A DNA stretch of 64,000 nucleotides from an uncultured Acidobacteriota bacterium (GTDB lineage Bacteria > Acidobacteriota > Terriglobia > UBA7540). The DNA lies in assembly GCA_963804995.1 (NCBI GenBank), contig CAWDSK010000005.1:672001-736000 (forward strand). The letters are read 5' to 3'. The notes under the pieces are model-generated. The model saw only the letters and a list, made by a program, of their open reading frames with translations, was not told the origin of the DNA and searched no databases. Every line of letters starts with the position of its first letter. Position 1 is the first letter of the stretch. Shown one piece after another: positions 21,762 to 31,997 of this stretch. A program made the position numbers and the translations under genes.

Positions 21762-23603
21762 ATGCTGATGAACGCACTGGGGGCAATGTTCGCGACGCTG
21801 GTCGTCGCCGTAGCAGCATGGGGACTGGGCGGCTGGATGTGGCGGGGATTGCCCCTGACCTTCTCCCGGCTCGACCGGCTCGCATGCACCTGGCTTGGTG
21901 GCCTGGGATTACTTGGCACATTGCTGTTTCTCATCGGCCAGGTTGCGTATACCCGCACAACCATTTTCCTTACGTTGGGGGCAGCCGTGCTTGCGGCGAT
22001 TGGCCTGTTCGCACGCATGTGGAAAACGACGTTCGCCATATCTATACGGGAACTTAAGATACCGGCCCTTCCCGCCATTGTCATTGCTACCGTGCTGCTC
22101 GTGACAGCGCTGGGAGGGTTCTCGGAGCCTGTCGGTGACTGGGAAAATGATAGTATTGCTTACCATCTGCTTGGGCCAAAAGTTTGGCTTCGAAATGGCA
22201 CTGTGCGTCCTGTGCTGGACAACTTTCGCACGGCGTTTCCAGCCACGGCTGAGATTGTCTACGGAGCGCTAATGGCACTCGGTGGGAAGTGCGCTCCGGG
22301 TTTTTCTGCGGTTCTGACCCTCACGATGTTCTTTTTGGTGATCGGCTCGCTGGCCACTCGCTCAGGCTTGGATGACCGCGGCGCATGGTGGGCTGTGGCG
22401 CTCGTCGCCACCATGCCGGCTGCCTATTTCGCGGGCACTTCCGGTTTTGTAGATGTTCTCTATGCGAGTTTCGTACTGGCTGCAGCCAGGGTTGGGCTCG
22501 ATGCACAAACTACTTGGGAGCACATCTTATTTGGACTCTTCTGCGGACTTGCAATGGGAACGAAATATACGGGCGTGGTGGCGCTCCCACTCCTGGTTTC
22601 TTGTGTCGCTCTACGGATGGTGAATACTAGGCACGCGAGCCGGGATCTGGCCATACTGAAGACGGGGATTGCCATGGCTGTTGCTTTTGCAGTTGCTACC
22701 CCATTCTATGTCCGAAACTGGATCCTCCTCGGCTGCCCGATCTATCCTCCCCCGGTGTTTTTGTTGCATTTCTTTAAAGTCAAGTACGTGACGAAAGGGA
22801 TCGTTGAAGGTTTTCAGTCGAATGTTCTCAATCATGCGCCGTCGAACGTGCTCAGGCCTGGTTCGAGTCTCGGTCGTGTGATTGAGGGCTACCTACTCCT
22901 TCCGTTCAATCTGACATACCACACTTCAAACTTCAATGGGGCAGGCGGGATTGGACTGGCTCCCTTGGCCCTCGGACCTTTCGGTCTCTTTGCCGTCCGC
23001 CGGAACTGCTTCTTAAGATCGCTAGTCCTATTCGCATACTTACTCACCACATTCTGGTTTGTTTCAGCCCAGGAGTCACGTTACTTGGTCCACGTGTACG
23101 TGATCGCAGCAATTCTGGCCGTGATCGGCTGGCGCTACGCCGGTTCGGTGGCGTCGCGGGTTTCACCATTACTTGCCTCCGTTGTGGTCGCCAGCTCGTT
23201 GCTGTATGGCCTGTTCATGATCGCGTCTTCGCGGGTGGACGACATCCGTGCCGCATTTTCAAGCTCCTTTGCAGAGCAGCGGCGGCAAGAACATATCCCC
23301 TTTCTTGCGAGTTTCGAATACGCGAATAGGGACCCGTCCGTGCGAGGCGTACTCATTCTCAACCCGATGGTTCAGCCTTATTACTCCGATAAGACCTATG
23401 TGAAGCCGTTCGGAGATTGGGGAGTACGAACGTTACCTGACACGTCCGACCTGGACAGCGTCCTAGCGCGACTCCACGACCTACCCGTTTCGCATGTTCT
23501 CGATGTAAACTCGGGCGTCTTCCCCTTCCAGTTGCCTGCACGCACTCGGGGCTTGACGCTCGTATTTGAGCGAACGAACCAGAGAATCTATAGGATCGAC
23601 TAA
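21762..23603 (+). CDS. Polytopic membrane protein, GT-C-like
   Basis: Many TMs; WENDSIAYHLLGPK, GLAMGTKY, PFYVRNWILLGCPIYP, QESRYL. Confidence 0.65.
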   Translation: MLMNALGAMFATLVVAVAAWGLGGWMWRGLPLTFSRLDRLACTWLGGLGLLGTLLFLIGQVAYTRTTIFLTLGAAVLAAIGLFARMWKTTFAISIRELKIPALPAIVIATVLLVTALGGFSEPVGDWENDSIAYHLLGPKVWLRNGTVRPVLDNFRTAFPATAEIVYGALMALGGKCAPGFSAVLTLTMFFLVIGSLATRSGLDDRGAWWAVALVATMPAAYFAGTSGFVDVLYASFVLAAARVGLDAQTTWEHILFGLFCGLAMGTKYTGVVALPLLVSCVALRMVNTRHASRDLAILKTGIAMAVAFAVATPFYVRNWILLGCPIYPPPVFLLHFFKVKYVTKGIVEGFQSNVLNHAPSNVLRPGSSLGRVIEGYLLLPFNLTYHTSNFNGAGGIGLAPLALGPFGLFAVRRNCFLRSLVLFAYLLTTFWFVSAQESRYLVHVYVIAAILAVIGWRYAGSVASRVSPLLASVVVASSLLYGLFMIASSRVDDIRAAFSSSFAEQRRQEHIPFLASFEYANRDPSVRGVLILNPMVQPYYSDKTYVKPFGDWGVRTLPDTSDLDSVLARLHDLPVSHVLDVNSGVFPFQLPARTRGLTLVFERTNQRIYRID

Positions 23604-24216
23604 CTGCGGATCCTTTTAGAAAAAGCTCTTGAGATTTGCCAAGTCATGACATTCGATTGTCAGCCTCGGCTCACCCAAGGCAAATTCATAATGCAAACTC
23701 AGGTTGCCGTCAGGCGCACGCTCCGGCACGCTCTCCACGCCATGGTCAAAACCGATCAGCCCTACGACGGCTCCAAACGTTGTCGGGCGCCCCTGCCCAG
23801 AAGGTGACCCGTGCTCGCGTTGCTCGCTGACCTTCAAAACGAAAGAGGTTTCCCGGACGCTTTTGGAAGGAAGAAACGCTTGAACTTCAAGAGAGAATTT
23901 ACCGGCTTCGAGACTTTGATGCGGTCCTTAATTGAGGGGGAGTGTGAGCCGGCTGAAAGCTGCCCGTCCGGCTCGAAGAGCGGGCAGGGAGGTCGGGATC
24001 GGCATCGCGCAATCACTTACTCTACCCTTCCAGGCTCATGACGTTTTGTTAATGTGGGACTGTCCCACTTGTTGCGCTCCGCGGGGCAGCGCGACCGTCG
24101 TCCCACCAAATTCCCCGGCTCTACGCGTTTTGCTCTTGACTTTTTCATACCCCACTGGCACTCAGTAGCCAGACTCAAATGGCACCGGGCATGCTCCAAA
24201 AAGCGGGATTCAACCT

Positions 24217-25893
24217 GTGCTAACCCTGGGGATTAATTACTCTCAAATGCACGACTCGTCAGCGTGCATCGCCCGCGACGGCGAGTTACTTTTTGCCGTT
24301 GCCGAAGAGCGCCTGAGTCGAGTCAAACACGACGAGCGGTTTCCAGCCCTGGCGATCAAAGCCTGTCTCCAGTTCGCCCGCGTCCGACCTGAGCAGCTTG
24401 ACTACATCGCATTCGGTTGGTCTCCGCCCCGTCGAACCTACTTGCACGATCTTGCGGATTTTGTGCGCGGCCGCCATCCCATCAGCTATTTGAATGTGCT
24501 GAATTCAACTCGGCAGTTTGTGAGCATGAACCATCAGCGCGGTGGCCAGCGGCGCTTTACCCAGTACTTTGGTCCGACGAAGGCGCGCATGCTCTTCGTG
24601 GATCATCATCGTGCCCACGCGATCAGTGCCTATGCCCATTCCGGATTCGAAGAAGCTGCTGTGGTCGTAGTGGATGGAAGGGGTGCCTGGGAAGCGACTT
24701 CAATCTGGCATGGCCGCAACGGCAAGCTTGACCATGTCCTTACGATCCCCTGGCCGAATTCTTTGGGTCTCTTTTACGCTGCCTTTACAGAGTATCTCGG
24801 ATTCCAACCTTACAGTGACGAGTGGAAGGTGATGGGATTGGCGCCTTATGGCCAGCCGGGAGTCAGTCTTAAGGATTTTGTCACAATCGATCACGGCTTC
24901 TATGAGGTGGACGGTCCACACTTGATCGGCCGCGGCTCCAACCTTGATGGGCGGATCGTCGAGCGTTTGGGGCCCAAACGAGTGCCGGAAAGCGAAATCG
25001 AAAGCCGGTACAAGGATGTTGCCTTCGCCGTTCAGGACGCCTGCGAACAGGCGATGAAGGGCATCGCGGATGTGGCAGTGAAGAAGACGGGTTGCCGCAA
25101 GCTGTGTCTGGCGGGGGGCGTCGCGCTGAATTCTAAGGCCAATGGACTGATCCTGAGTTCAGGCCTAGTCGAGAGCATCTTCATTCAGCCCGCAGCCTCA
25201 GACGATGGCGTGGCGTTGGGCGCCGTTTTTGCGCCCTATCTCGAGACCGGCGAGCGCTTGCCGCTCAAGGCCATGCGGCAGGTTTATCTGGGGGCTGCAT
25301 TCGAAGATTCAGAAATTGAAAAGGTCTTGCGCACTTACAAACTCCGCTCGACGCAGCTCTGCGATGTGGCGGGTACGACCGCAGATTTGCTGGCGGCGGG
25401 GAAGATCATCGGCTGGTTCCAGGGCCGCATGGAGTTTGGTCCCCGGGCGCTGGGTAGCCGATCGATTCTCGCTGATCCCCGCGACCCGGAGATGAATGCC
25501 AAGGTCAATAACGCGGTAAAGTTCCGAGAGTGGTGGCGACCCTTTGCGCCCTCGCTCCTGGCTGAGTCTGCCGGGGATTATTTGGAGTCCGCAGTGGATT
25601 CACCTTTCATGATCCTGACCAGCCAGGTTAAGCCCGAGAAACGGAGTGTCATTCCGTCCGTGACACACGTCGACGGCAGCGCCCGGCCGCAGACAGTTGA
25701 GGAAAGCGTGAATCCGCTCTATTGGCGAGTCATCAAGGAGTTTGGCCAGCGCACGGGTGTGCCGGTCATCATGAACACCTCATTCAATTTGCGCGGCGAG
25801 CCGATTGTGTGCACTCCCACCGACGCCATTCGCACGTTTTTCAGTTCGGGAATGGACGCGTTGATTATCGGTAGCTTCATGGTAGAGAAATAG
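24217..25893 (+). CDS. O-carbamoyltransferase, NodU/CmcH/TobZ family
   Basis: HDSSA, EERLSRVKH, HHRAHA, DGRG, EWKVMGLAPYG, AGGVALNSKAN, EFGPRALGSRS, HVDGSARPQ, NTSFN. Confidence 0.95.
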   Translation: MLTLGINYSQMHDSSACIARDGELLFAVAEERLSRVKHDERFPALAIKACLQFARVRPEQLDYIAFGWSPPRRTYLHDLADFVRGRHPISYLNVLNSTRQFVSMNHQRGGQRRFTQYFGPTKARMLFVDHHRAHAISAYAHSGFEEAAVVVVDGRGAWEATSIWHGRNGKLDHVLTIPWPNSLGLFYAAFTEYLGFQPYSDEWKVMGLAPYGQPGVSLKDFVTIDHGFYEVDGPHLIGRGSNLDGRIVERLGPKRVPESEIESRYKDVAFAVQDACEQAMKGIADVAVKKTGCRKLCLAGGVALNSKANGLILSSGLVESIFIQPAASDDGVALGAVFAPYLETGERLPLKAMRQVYLGAAFEDSEIEKVLRTYKLRSTQLCDVAGTTADLLAAGKIIGWFQGRMEFGPRALGSRSILADPRDPEMNAKVNNAVKFREWWRPFAPSLLAESAGDYLESAVDSPFMILTSQVKPEKRSVIPSVTHVDGSARPQTVEESVNPLYWRVIKEFGQRTGVPVIMNTSFNLRGEPIVCTPTDAIRTFFSSGMDALIIGSFMVEK

Positions 25894-25903
25894 GCGACAT
25901 TCA

Positions 25904-26707
25904 GTGCCGGGCATGAACCTCTCTAATACATTAGTATGGTTTTGGCAAATGGTTCCCCTGGAATGGAGAAAGTTTGTGACGAAATCTCCTAACCTCCGAT
26001 CATTTGCCAACAGGTTTTATCCAAACCAGCCGAGGATTTTCCCGCTCGCCTCTCCGCTTGAGGGGCACCAAATGCTATTGCACTGGCAAACCGGGAAAGC
26101 GTGGGTTTTCGGGACCTATGAGACCGAAGTGACCAAGGCGATACAGAACACTGTTGAGCCAGGTCAGTGCGTAGTTGATGTGGGCGCCAACATTGGCTAT
26201 TTCACCCTGCTGTTGGCCAAGAAGGTCGGATCACAAGGCAGGGTCATAGCCTTCGAGCCCTTCAGTGTAGTGTATGAGGTTTTGGAAAAGAATGTAGCTT
26301 TGAATGGCTACGGTAACGTGACCCTCGTAAACAAGGCCGTTGCCGGACGCTCGGCCGCAGTTGGCTTTAGCCATGTTGGCACCGACCTGCTTAGTTCAAT
26401 CGAAAGGATTGTCCCTGATTCCCTCAATCATGTCTCAGCGGTGAGCCTCGACGACTATTTCGGTCCCGTCCACCGTCGCGTTGACTTTGTCAAAGTGGAT
26501 GTCGAAGGTGCAGAACTGAGCGTCTTGGAAGGGATGCAGGGAATCCTTCAGAATGATCACCCGATTCTGCTCATCGAGCTCCACGGGTGTGCTAGCAGTG
26601 TGGATGTGCACCCAGTGGTCTCAAACCTGTTGAACGCAGGGTATAGCTGCTGTCTTCTCGATGGATCACAAACCCAGGGGCATATTCTTGCTCGGGTGGG
26701 GCATTGA
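25904..26707 (+). CDS. FkbM family methyltransferase
   Basis: GTYE, VDVGANIGYF, FEP, SLDDY, KVDVEGAE. Confidence 0.9.
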   Translation: MPGMNLSNTLVWFWQMVPLEWRKFVTKSPNLRSFANRFYPNQPRIFPLASPLEGHQMLLHWQTGKAWVFGTYETEVTKAIQNTVEPGQCVVDVGANIGYFTLLLAKKVGSQGRVIAFEPFSVVYEVLEKNVALNGYGNVTLVNKAVAGRSAAVGFSHVGTDLLSSIERIVPDSLNHVSAVSLDDYFGPVHRRVDFVKVDVEGAELSVLEGMQGILQNDHPILLIELHGCASSVDVHPVVSNLLNAGYSCCLLDGSQTQGHILARVGH

Positions 26708-26846
26708 TAAGTATGCACCTCGCTCGCTGGTCGGAGTCACACCAACGTGTAGGGCTTCGATATCATTTCGACTCAGGCAAATCGGAGCTCGAAGCGTCGC
26801 GCAGGTGCCGGGAAAACAGGATCCTTCTCTAATTGACAGGCCGCAT

Positions 26847-27953
26847 ATGAACAAGAACCCTGCTCCTTCCTCCATCCTTATCGTACTTTTGGGGAGGAGA
26901 GATGTTCCGACCGACGGTGTGGAGGATTACTGCGGGTTCCTTGGCCTTGCGATGGAAGCCAGAGGCTACAGGGTCGAAATGGTTCGCGTCCCCTGGGAGG
27001 ATATTGGGTGGATTCGAGCTTGGATGCGCCTTTGGCAGGAGAGCCGGGAGTGGAAAGGGAAGTGGGTTCTGGTTCAATACACGGCCCTGATGTGGTCCCG
27101 ACATGGGTTTCCACTGGCGTTCTTGGGAGTCTTGCTGACCCTCCACGTGCGAGGCGTGCGCCTGATTACGGTCTTTCACGATGTTGCGACGTACCCTGGT
27201 AAGCGCATGATCGATCGAATTCGCCGCGCCTGCCAACGATGGGTATTCCGCAGAGCTTATGGGTGGACGCAATCCTGTGTGCTGCCTGTGCCCAAGGAGC
27301 AAGTAGACTGGCTCCCACTGCCTGCCACGAAAGCCAGTTTCATCCCTGTGGGAGCGAACATCCCGGCCATCGCTCCCGTGTGCCGCTCCGCTCACAACGG
27401 AAACGAGCCAAAGACCATCGCGGTTTTCGGGGTTACCGACGGCGGGGACATCAGCAAGGAGGTTTCGGCGATTACCCATGCTGCAACCGCGGCCATCACT
27501 TGCGTCCGCGAAGTGCGGTTGGTGACGCTGGGTCGCGGGTCGCGAGAGTCGGAACCCGCCTTCCGGAAAGCATTGGCCGGAAGCGAAGTTGAGTACCAAG
27601 CCCTCGGCGTCCTTCCTGCCGATGAGGTTGCGAGATTGCTGGCGAGTTGTGACGTCTCACTTTTTGTGCGCGGCCGGATCACGACTCAAAGGGGAAGTGC
27701 TATAGCCAGCATTGCCTGCTTTCTCCCCTTGGTGGCCTATGCCGACGGTTGCCTGCCCACCCCATTAGCGGAAGCCGGTGTGTTGGGTGTCCCCTGCGGG
27801 GATCGCGAAGCATTGGCCGCAGCGGTGGTTAGGGTGTTGACCAATGACGATCTTTGGCTAGAGCTTCATCAACGCAGCCGGCGTGCTTATGAAAGATACT
27901 TTTCTTGGGAAGCCGTGGCAGCCCGCTTCCTAGGGCTTCTTGACCGTGCCTAA
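26847..27953 (+). CDS. GT4-like glycosyltransferase
   Basis: DGVEDY, VQY, FHD, IPVGANIP, RGSAIA, FSWEAVA; GT-B pattern. Confidence 0.8.
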   Translation: MNKNPAPSSILIVLLGRRDVPTDGVEDYCGFLGLAMEARGYRVEMVRVPWEDIGWIRAWMRLWQESREWKGKWVLVQYTALMWSRHGFPLAFLGVLLTLHVRGVRLITVFHDVATYPGKRMIDRIRRACQRWVFRRAYGWTQSCVLPVPKEQVDWLPLPATKASFIPVGANIPAIAPVCRSAHNGNEPKTIAVFGVTDGGDISKEVSAITHAATAAITCVREVRLVTLGRGSRESEPAFRKALAGSEVEYQALGVLPADEVARLLASCDVSLFVRGRITTQRGSAIASIACFLPLVAYADGCLPTPLAEAGVLGVPCGDREALAAAVVRVLTNDDLWLELHQRSRRAYERYFSWEAVAARFLGLLDRA

Positions 27954-29160
27954 AGAACGATATCGAGTTCTGTATGTTGCTTCCCATCCCATTCAGTACC
28001 AAGCGCCGATCTTTCGTCTGATGGCGCAGCATCCGCAGCTTGAGATTCAGGTGGCGTATTGCAGTTTACAAGGAGCCAAATCCGGGCTTGATCCGGAATT
28101 CGGGGTCGATGTGAAATGGGATGTTCCATTGCTGGAAGGCTATCCGTGGGTTCACGTTCCAAACAAATCCCCTTGGCCCGGGCTGGGGCGTTTCTGGGGT
28201 TTCTTAAACCCAGGATTATGGAAGTTGGTAAGCCTCGGTGGCTATGATGCCATCGTGGTACATACGGGTTACGTTTGTTTAAGCTTTTGGATCGTGATGG
28301 CCGCGGCCAAGCTCTACAGGGTTCCCATATTGTTTGGGACCGACGCGCACGGACTGGTTCCGCTGGACGGGAAAAAGTGGAAGGTTCCCGTTAAGCGGTT
28401 CGTCTGGCCACGGCTTTTTCGCCTCGCCTCCGTCGTGATTGTGCCCTCGACTTGGAGTGCCGATATGATGCGAACCCTCGGCATTCCGGATGACCGGTTG
28501 GTTCTAACGCCCTACGTGGTCGATAACGATTGGTGGATCAATCAGTCTGAGAAAGTGGACCGCGGTGAGGTGCGGCGAGCGTGGGGGGTGCCTGAGGAGG
28601 TGGCCGTCGTGCTCTTTTGCGCCAAGCTCCAGCCATGGAAGCGCCCCCTGGATGTCATGAATGCGTTCGCCCACGCCGAGGTCACCGGCGCGCACCTTGT
28701 TTTTGCCGGAGAAGGCCCGCTCCGAGGCGAGTTGGAATCCCAGGCCGTTTCCTTAGGCATTGCAGGGCGCGTTCATTTTCTCGGATTCACCAACCAGTCG
28801 CGACTGCCGGCAGTGTACCGGGCCTCGGACCTACTTGTCATGCCTTCGGATTACGACGCTTTCGGTGTCGTTGTGAACGAAGCGATGCTGTGCGGGTGCC
28901 CCGCGATCGTCAGTGACCATGTGGGCGCTGGTCGCGACTTGATATTGGCGGGGCAGAACGGGGGTGTCCTCCCCTGCGGTGACGTGGACGCCCTCGCCAC
29001 GCTCTTGCGGGAAGTCCTTTCCGACCGTGAGCGGCTGAGGCGAATGAGTTCGGCCGCCCGTCAGCGCATGGAGACCTGGTCGCCCCGTGAGAATGTCGAA
29101 GCCCAGGTACAGGCGGTCGAGAAGGCAGTCCTTATGATGCAAAAGGGAGCTTCGCACTGA
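27940..29160 (+). CDS. GT4 glycosyltransferase
   Basis: HPIQYQAP, AKLQPWKRP, DAFGVVVNEAMLCG. Confidence 0.92.
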   Translation: MTVPKERYRVLYVASHPIQYQAPIFRLMAQHPQLEIQVAYCSLQGAKSGLDPEFGVDVKWDVPLLEGYPWVHVPNKSPWPGLGRFWGFLNPGLWKLVSLGGYDAIVVHTGYVCLSFWIVMAAAKLYRVPILFGTDAHGLVPLDGKKWKVPVKRFVWPRLFRLASVVIVPSTWSADMMRTLGIPDDRLVLTPYVVDNDWWINQSEKVDRGEVRRAWGVPEEVAVVLFCAKLQPWKRPLDVMNAFAHAEVTGAHLVFAGEGPLRGELESQAVSLGIAGRVHFLGFTNQSRLPAVYRASDLLVMPSDYDAFGVVVNEAMLCGCPAIVSDHVGAGRDLILAGQNGGVLPCGDVDALATLLREVLSDRERLRRMSSAARQRMETWSPRENVEAQVQAVEKAVLMMQKGASH

Positions 29161-30365
29161 AAATCCTGCTTTACAGCCACTCCTTTGCGCCTAGTGTTGG
29201 CGGGGTGGAGACGTACGTCATGCTGCTCGCGCAAGGGCTAGCCGAGCGCTCAGATCAAGGTGGGGAGAGTGACCTGGAGATCACGGTAGCAACACCTACG
29301 CCAGCGAGCGGGATGGACGACGCCTCGTTGCCGTTCCGTGTCGTGCGCCAACCAGGGCCCCTCACGCTGCTCAAGCTATTATGGCGCTCAGACGTGATCC
29401 ACCTAGCGGGTCCCTGTCTGCTTCCCATGTGGTTGGCAATCCTTTCTCGCAAACCTACGGTGATAGAGCATCACGGGTATCAGGCGATCTGCCCGAATGG
29501 ACTGCTTCTCCATGAGCCGACCAAGACGGTGTGCCCAGGTTACTTCATGGGCCGCCAATACACGAAATGTCTGCGTTGCGACGCCACTAACTCCGGCCTG
29601 CTCAAGAGCATGGTCCAGTTGCTGCTTACATTCCCTCGCCGTTGGGCCTCGAAGCTTGTTACGACTAACGCGCCGATCTCTAGGCATGTTGAGAACCGCC
29701 TCCTTCTTCCCCGTTCGGAGGTTATCTACTATGGTGTTCCCGACCCCCACAAAGGGCTTGAGCGCCCCGCCATCATCAGTGAACGCGACAGGCTGGATCC
29801 TCCTATTTTTGCCTACGTCGGAAGGCTCGTAACCGAAAAAGGGGTGCCAGTTCTCCTGCAAGCAGCGAAGGAGCTAGTTGACGCCGGATACTCGTTTCGC
29901 TTGAAGATTATCGGAGACGGTCCGGAACGAGCGGCCCTGGAGAATAAGGCGATCTCCCTCGGACTTCAGCGATGCGTGTTTTTTGCGGGCTGGCTTCAGG
30001 GAGAAGCTCTCCAGGTTGAGCTTGAAGGCGTTTCCGCAGTGGTAATGGCAACACTTATGGAAGAAACCGCTGGTTTGGCCTTAATCGAGCACATGATGCG
30101 GGGTGGGTTGGTAGTTGCCTCCGATATCGGCGGAATGGGAGAGGTGGTCGACGGCGCGGGATTGAAATTCGCGGCGGGGAGTGTTGCTGGTCTTGTCTCC
30201 TGCCTTCGACGCGTGCTCGATGATCCCTGCTTAGTGACAACCCTGGGGGCCAGGGCGAGGGCACGAGCGCAAGAACTCTTCACACAAGAGAGGATGGTTG
30301 ATGACCATCTAGGCATCTATCGCGAGATCTCTGGAAGCTGTCGGCGAGCGAGGCATCTGACTTAA
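29157..30365 (+). CDS. GT4 glycosyltransferase; probable CTG start overlapping the upstream TGA
   Basis: In-frame LKILLYSHSFAPSVGGVE upstream of the called start; GRLVTEKG, ETAGLALIEHM. Confidence 0.9.
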   Translation: MKILLYSHSFAPSVGGVETYVMLLAQGLAERSDQGGESDLEITVATPTPASGMDDASLPFRVVRQPGPLTLLKLLWRSDVIHLAGPCLLPMWLAILSRKPTVIEHHGYQAICPNGLLLHEPTKTVCPGYFMGRQYTKCLRCDATNSGLLKSMVQLLLTFPRRWASKLVTTNAPISRHVENRLLLPRSEVIYYGVPDPHKGLERPAIISERDRLDPPIFAYVGRLVTEKGVPVLLQAAKELVDAGYSFRLKIIGDGPERAALENKAISLGLQRCVFFAGWLQGEALQVELEGVSAVVMATLMEETAGLALIEHMMRGGLVVASDIGGMGEVVDGAGLKFAAGSVAGLVSCLRRVLDDPCLVTTLGARARARAQELFTQERMVDDHLGIYREISGSCRRARHLT

Positions 30366-30437
30366 TGATCCACGGTTAGCAGGCGTGTTGCGAGGGGATC
30401 CTGCGCCGAACACCTCCTTGATAGATGAGAACAAAGG

Positions 30438-31997
30438 GTGGGGACCTTAGTGCGGAATAACGAAGGTGTCGGGAAAACGCTTCTTTTCTACCTGGGGCTG
30501 GCCGGCGCAGTCTGGCTGGTGCGGGGCTGGATCCTCGCGGGCAATTACAAGACCGTCATCTTGGTTCCCCTAAGTCTCGCTTTGCTGGGCATCGCGGGCT
30601 TGATTACCGGTGACTGGAGGAAAGGGCTCTATGCTTTCCTGGCCTGGCTGTTGTTTGAGGACATGATCCGCAAGTACATGGGCAACAACATGGCAATCTA
30701 CTTTGCTAAAGACGCCCTTGTAGGAATAACCTACCTCTCGTTCCTGCTGGCTAAAACGCGTGAAAAGCGCATCATGTTCCGCGCTCCCTTTCTCTACCCG
30801 CTCGGGCTGTTTGTAGGTCTGGGTGTTGTCCAGGTGTTTAACGCCGATTCACCAAGCATTCTCTATGGTTTGATGGGCCTGAAAATCTACTTTTACTACG
30901 TTCCGTTGATGTTTGTGGGTTATGCGTTCCTCCGCGATGAGGAAGACTTGCGTCGCTTCCTGGTGTTCAATATGGGGATCGCCGCGGTTATCGCTTCGAT
31001 TGCCATCGCTCAATCGGTCTTCGGGCTCAGTTTCCTTAATCCGAGCGGAGGCGCGGAAATTGATGAACTGGGACACCTGACGCGGTTCACATCTACAGGT
31101 GTAGCGGTGTCACGTCCCCCTTCGGTTTTCGTGAGTGAGGGCCGATGTGCTTGGTATCTGATTCTTACTTTCATAATGGGCTTGGGGGCGGCGGGGTACC
31201 TGCTCCTCAAAACGCCCAGAGGCCGAAAAGTTGTCTTTCCCGGCTTGCTCTTGGTGAGCGTTGCGGCCATGATGAGTGGGTCGCGTGGGTGCGCATCATA
31301 CGTCGTTATCAGCGCGCTGGTTCTCTCTGCTGCCTTGCTCTGGGGTGCGCCACCACGCGGGCTCGAGGCCTACCGGCTCTTCAAAGCCATCCGCAGGAGC
31401 TATATGGTGGTTGCGTTGGGCTTGTTCCTGATGCTTGTGGTTTTCCCCGAAGCTATTGGAGCACGCTGGACTTTTTATGCGGAGACCTTGGACCCGAGAA
31501 GTGAAAACTTTGAGGCTTCGAAGCGTGCGTGGGATTATCCCGTTGATAACCTGATGTTGGCGTTTACGGACCCGGAGTGGCCGCTTGGACACGGCATCGG
31601 GACGTCATCATTGGGTGTGCAGTATGTTGCGAAAGTATTGGGACCAGAAGTCGATGCTTCGATACATCGAATGGGCCTCGAAGAGGGATTCGCAACGTTG
31701 ATCTTCGAACTCGGAATCCTTGGCCCGATTCTTTGGTTATTTTGGGCCGGGAGCCTTATCTACACTACCTGGAAAACAGTAGTGCGGGTCAAAGGGACTT
31801 CGACCTTTCCTCTAGCGATTTGCATCTGGTGGTTTGGATTCCTGCTCCTCTTTCCCTTCACCTATGGAGGCTTCCAACCGTATCAGAATTTCGTATATAA
31901 CGCCTACTTTTGGCTTCTAACCGGAATTCTCTTCAGTCTGCCGAGGTTGAGTGAACAAGGTTCTCTCCAACCCGAATCCCTCGTACGTTCCCGCTGA
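30438..31997 (+). CDS. Wzy/O-antigen-ligase-like polytopic membrane protein
   Basis: About 12 TMs; RPPSVF, MSGSRG, PLGHGIG and ELGILG motifs typical of Wzy_C/WaaL-like proteins. Confidence 0.7.
   Translation: MGTLVRNNEGVGKTLLFYLGLAGAVWLVRGWILAGNYKTVILVPLSLALLGIAGLITGDWRKGLYAFLAWLLFEDMIRKYMGNNMAIYFAKDALVGITYLSFLLAKTREKRIMFRAPFLYPLGLFVGLGVVQVFNADSPSILYGLMGLKIYFYYVPLMFVGYAFLRDEEDLRRFLVFNMGIAAVIASIAIAQSVFGLSFLNPSGGAEIDELGHLTRFTSTGVAVSRPPSVFVSEGRCAWYLILTFIMGLGAAGYLLLKTPRGRKVVFPGLLLVSVAAMMSGSRGCASYVVISALVLSAALLWGAPPRGLEAYRLFKAIRRSYMVVALGLFLMLVVFPEAIGARWTFYAETLDPRSENFEASKRAWDYPVDNLMLAFTDPEWPLGHGIGTSSLGVQYVAKVLGPEVDASIHRMGLEEGFATLIFELGILGPILWLFWAGSLIYTTWKTVVRVKGTSTFPLAICIWWFGFLLLFPFTYGGFQPYQNFVYNAYFWLLTGILFSLPRLSEQGSLQPESLVRSR

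Noticed and set aside
23616..24165. Short ORFs between the GT-C-like gene and the carbamoyltransferase
   Set aside because: No recognisable motifs or SD; probably decayed sequence carried with the insert.
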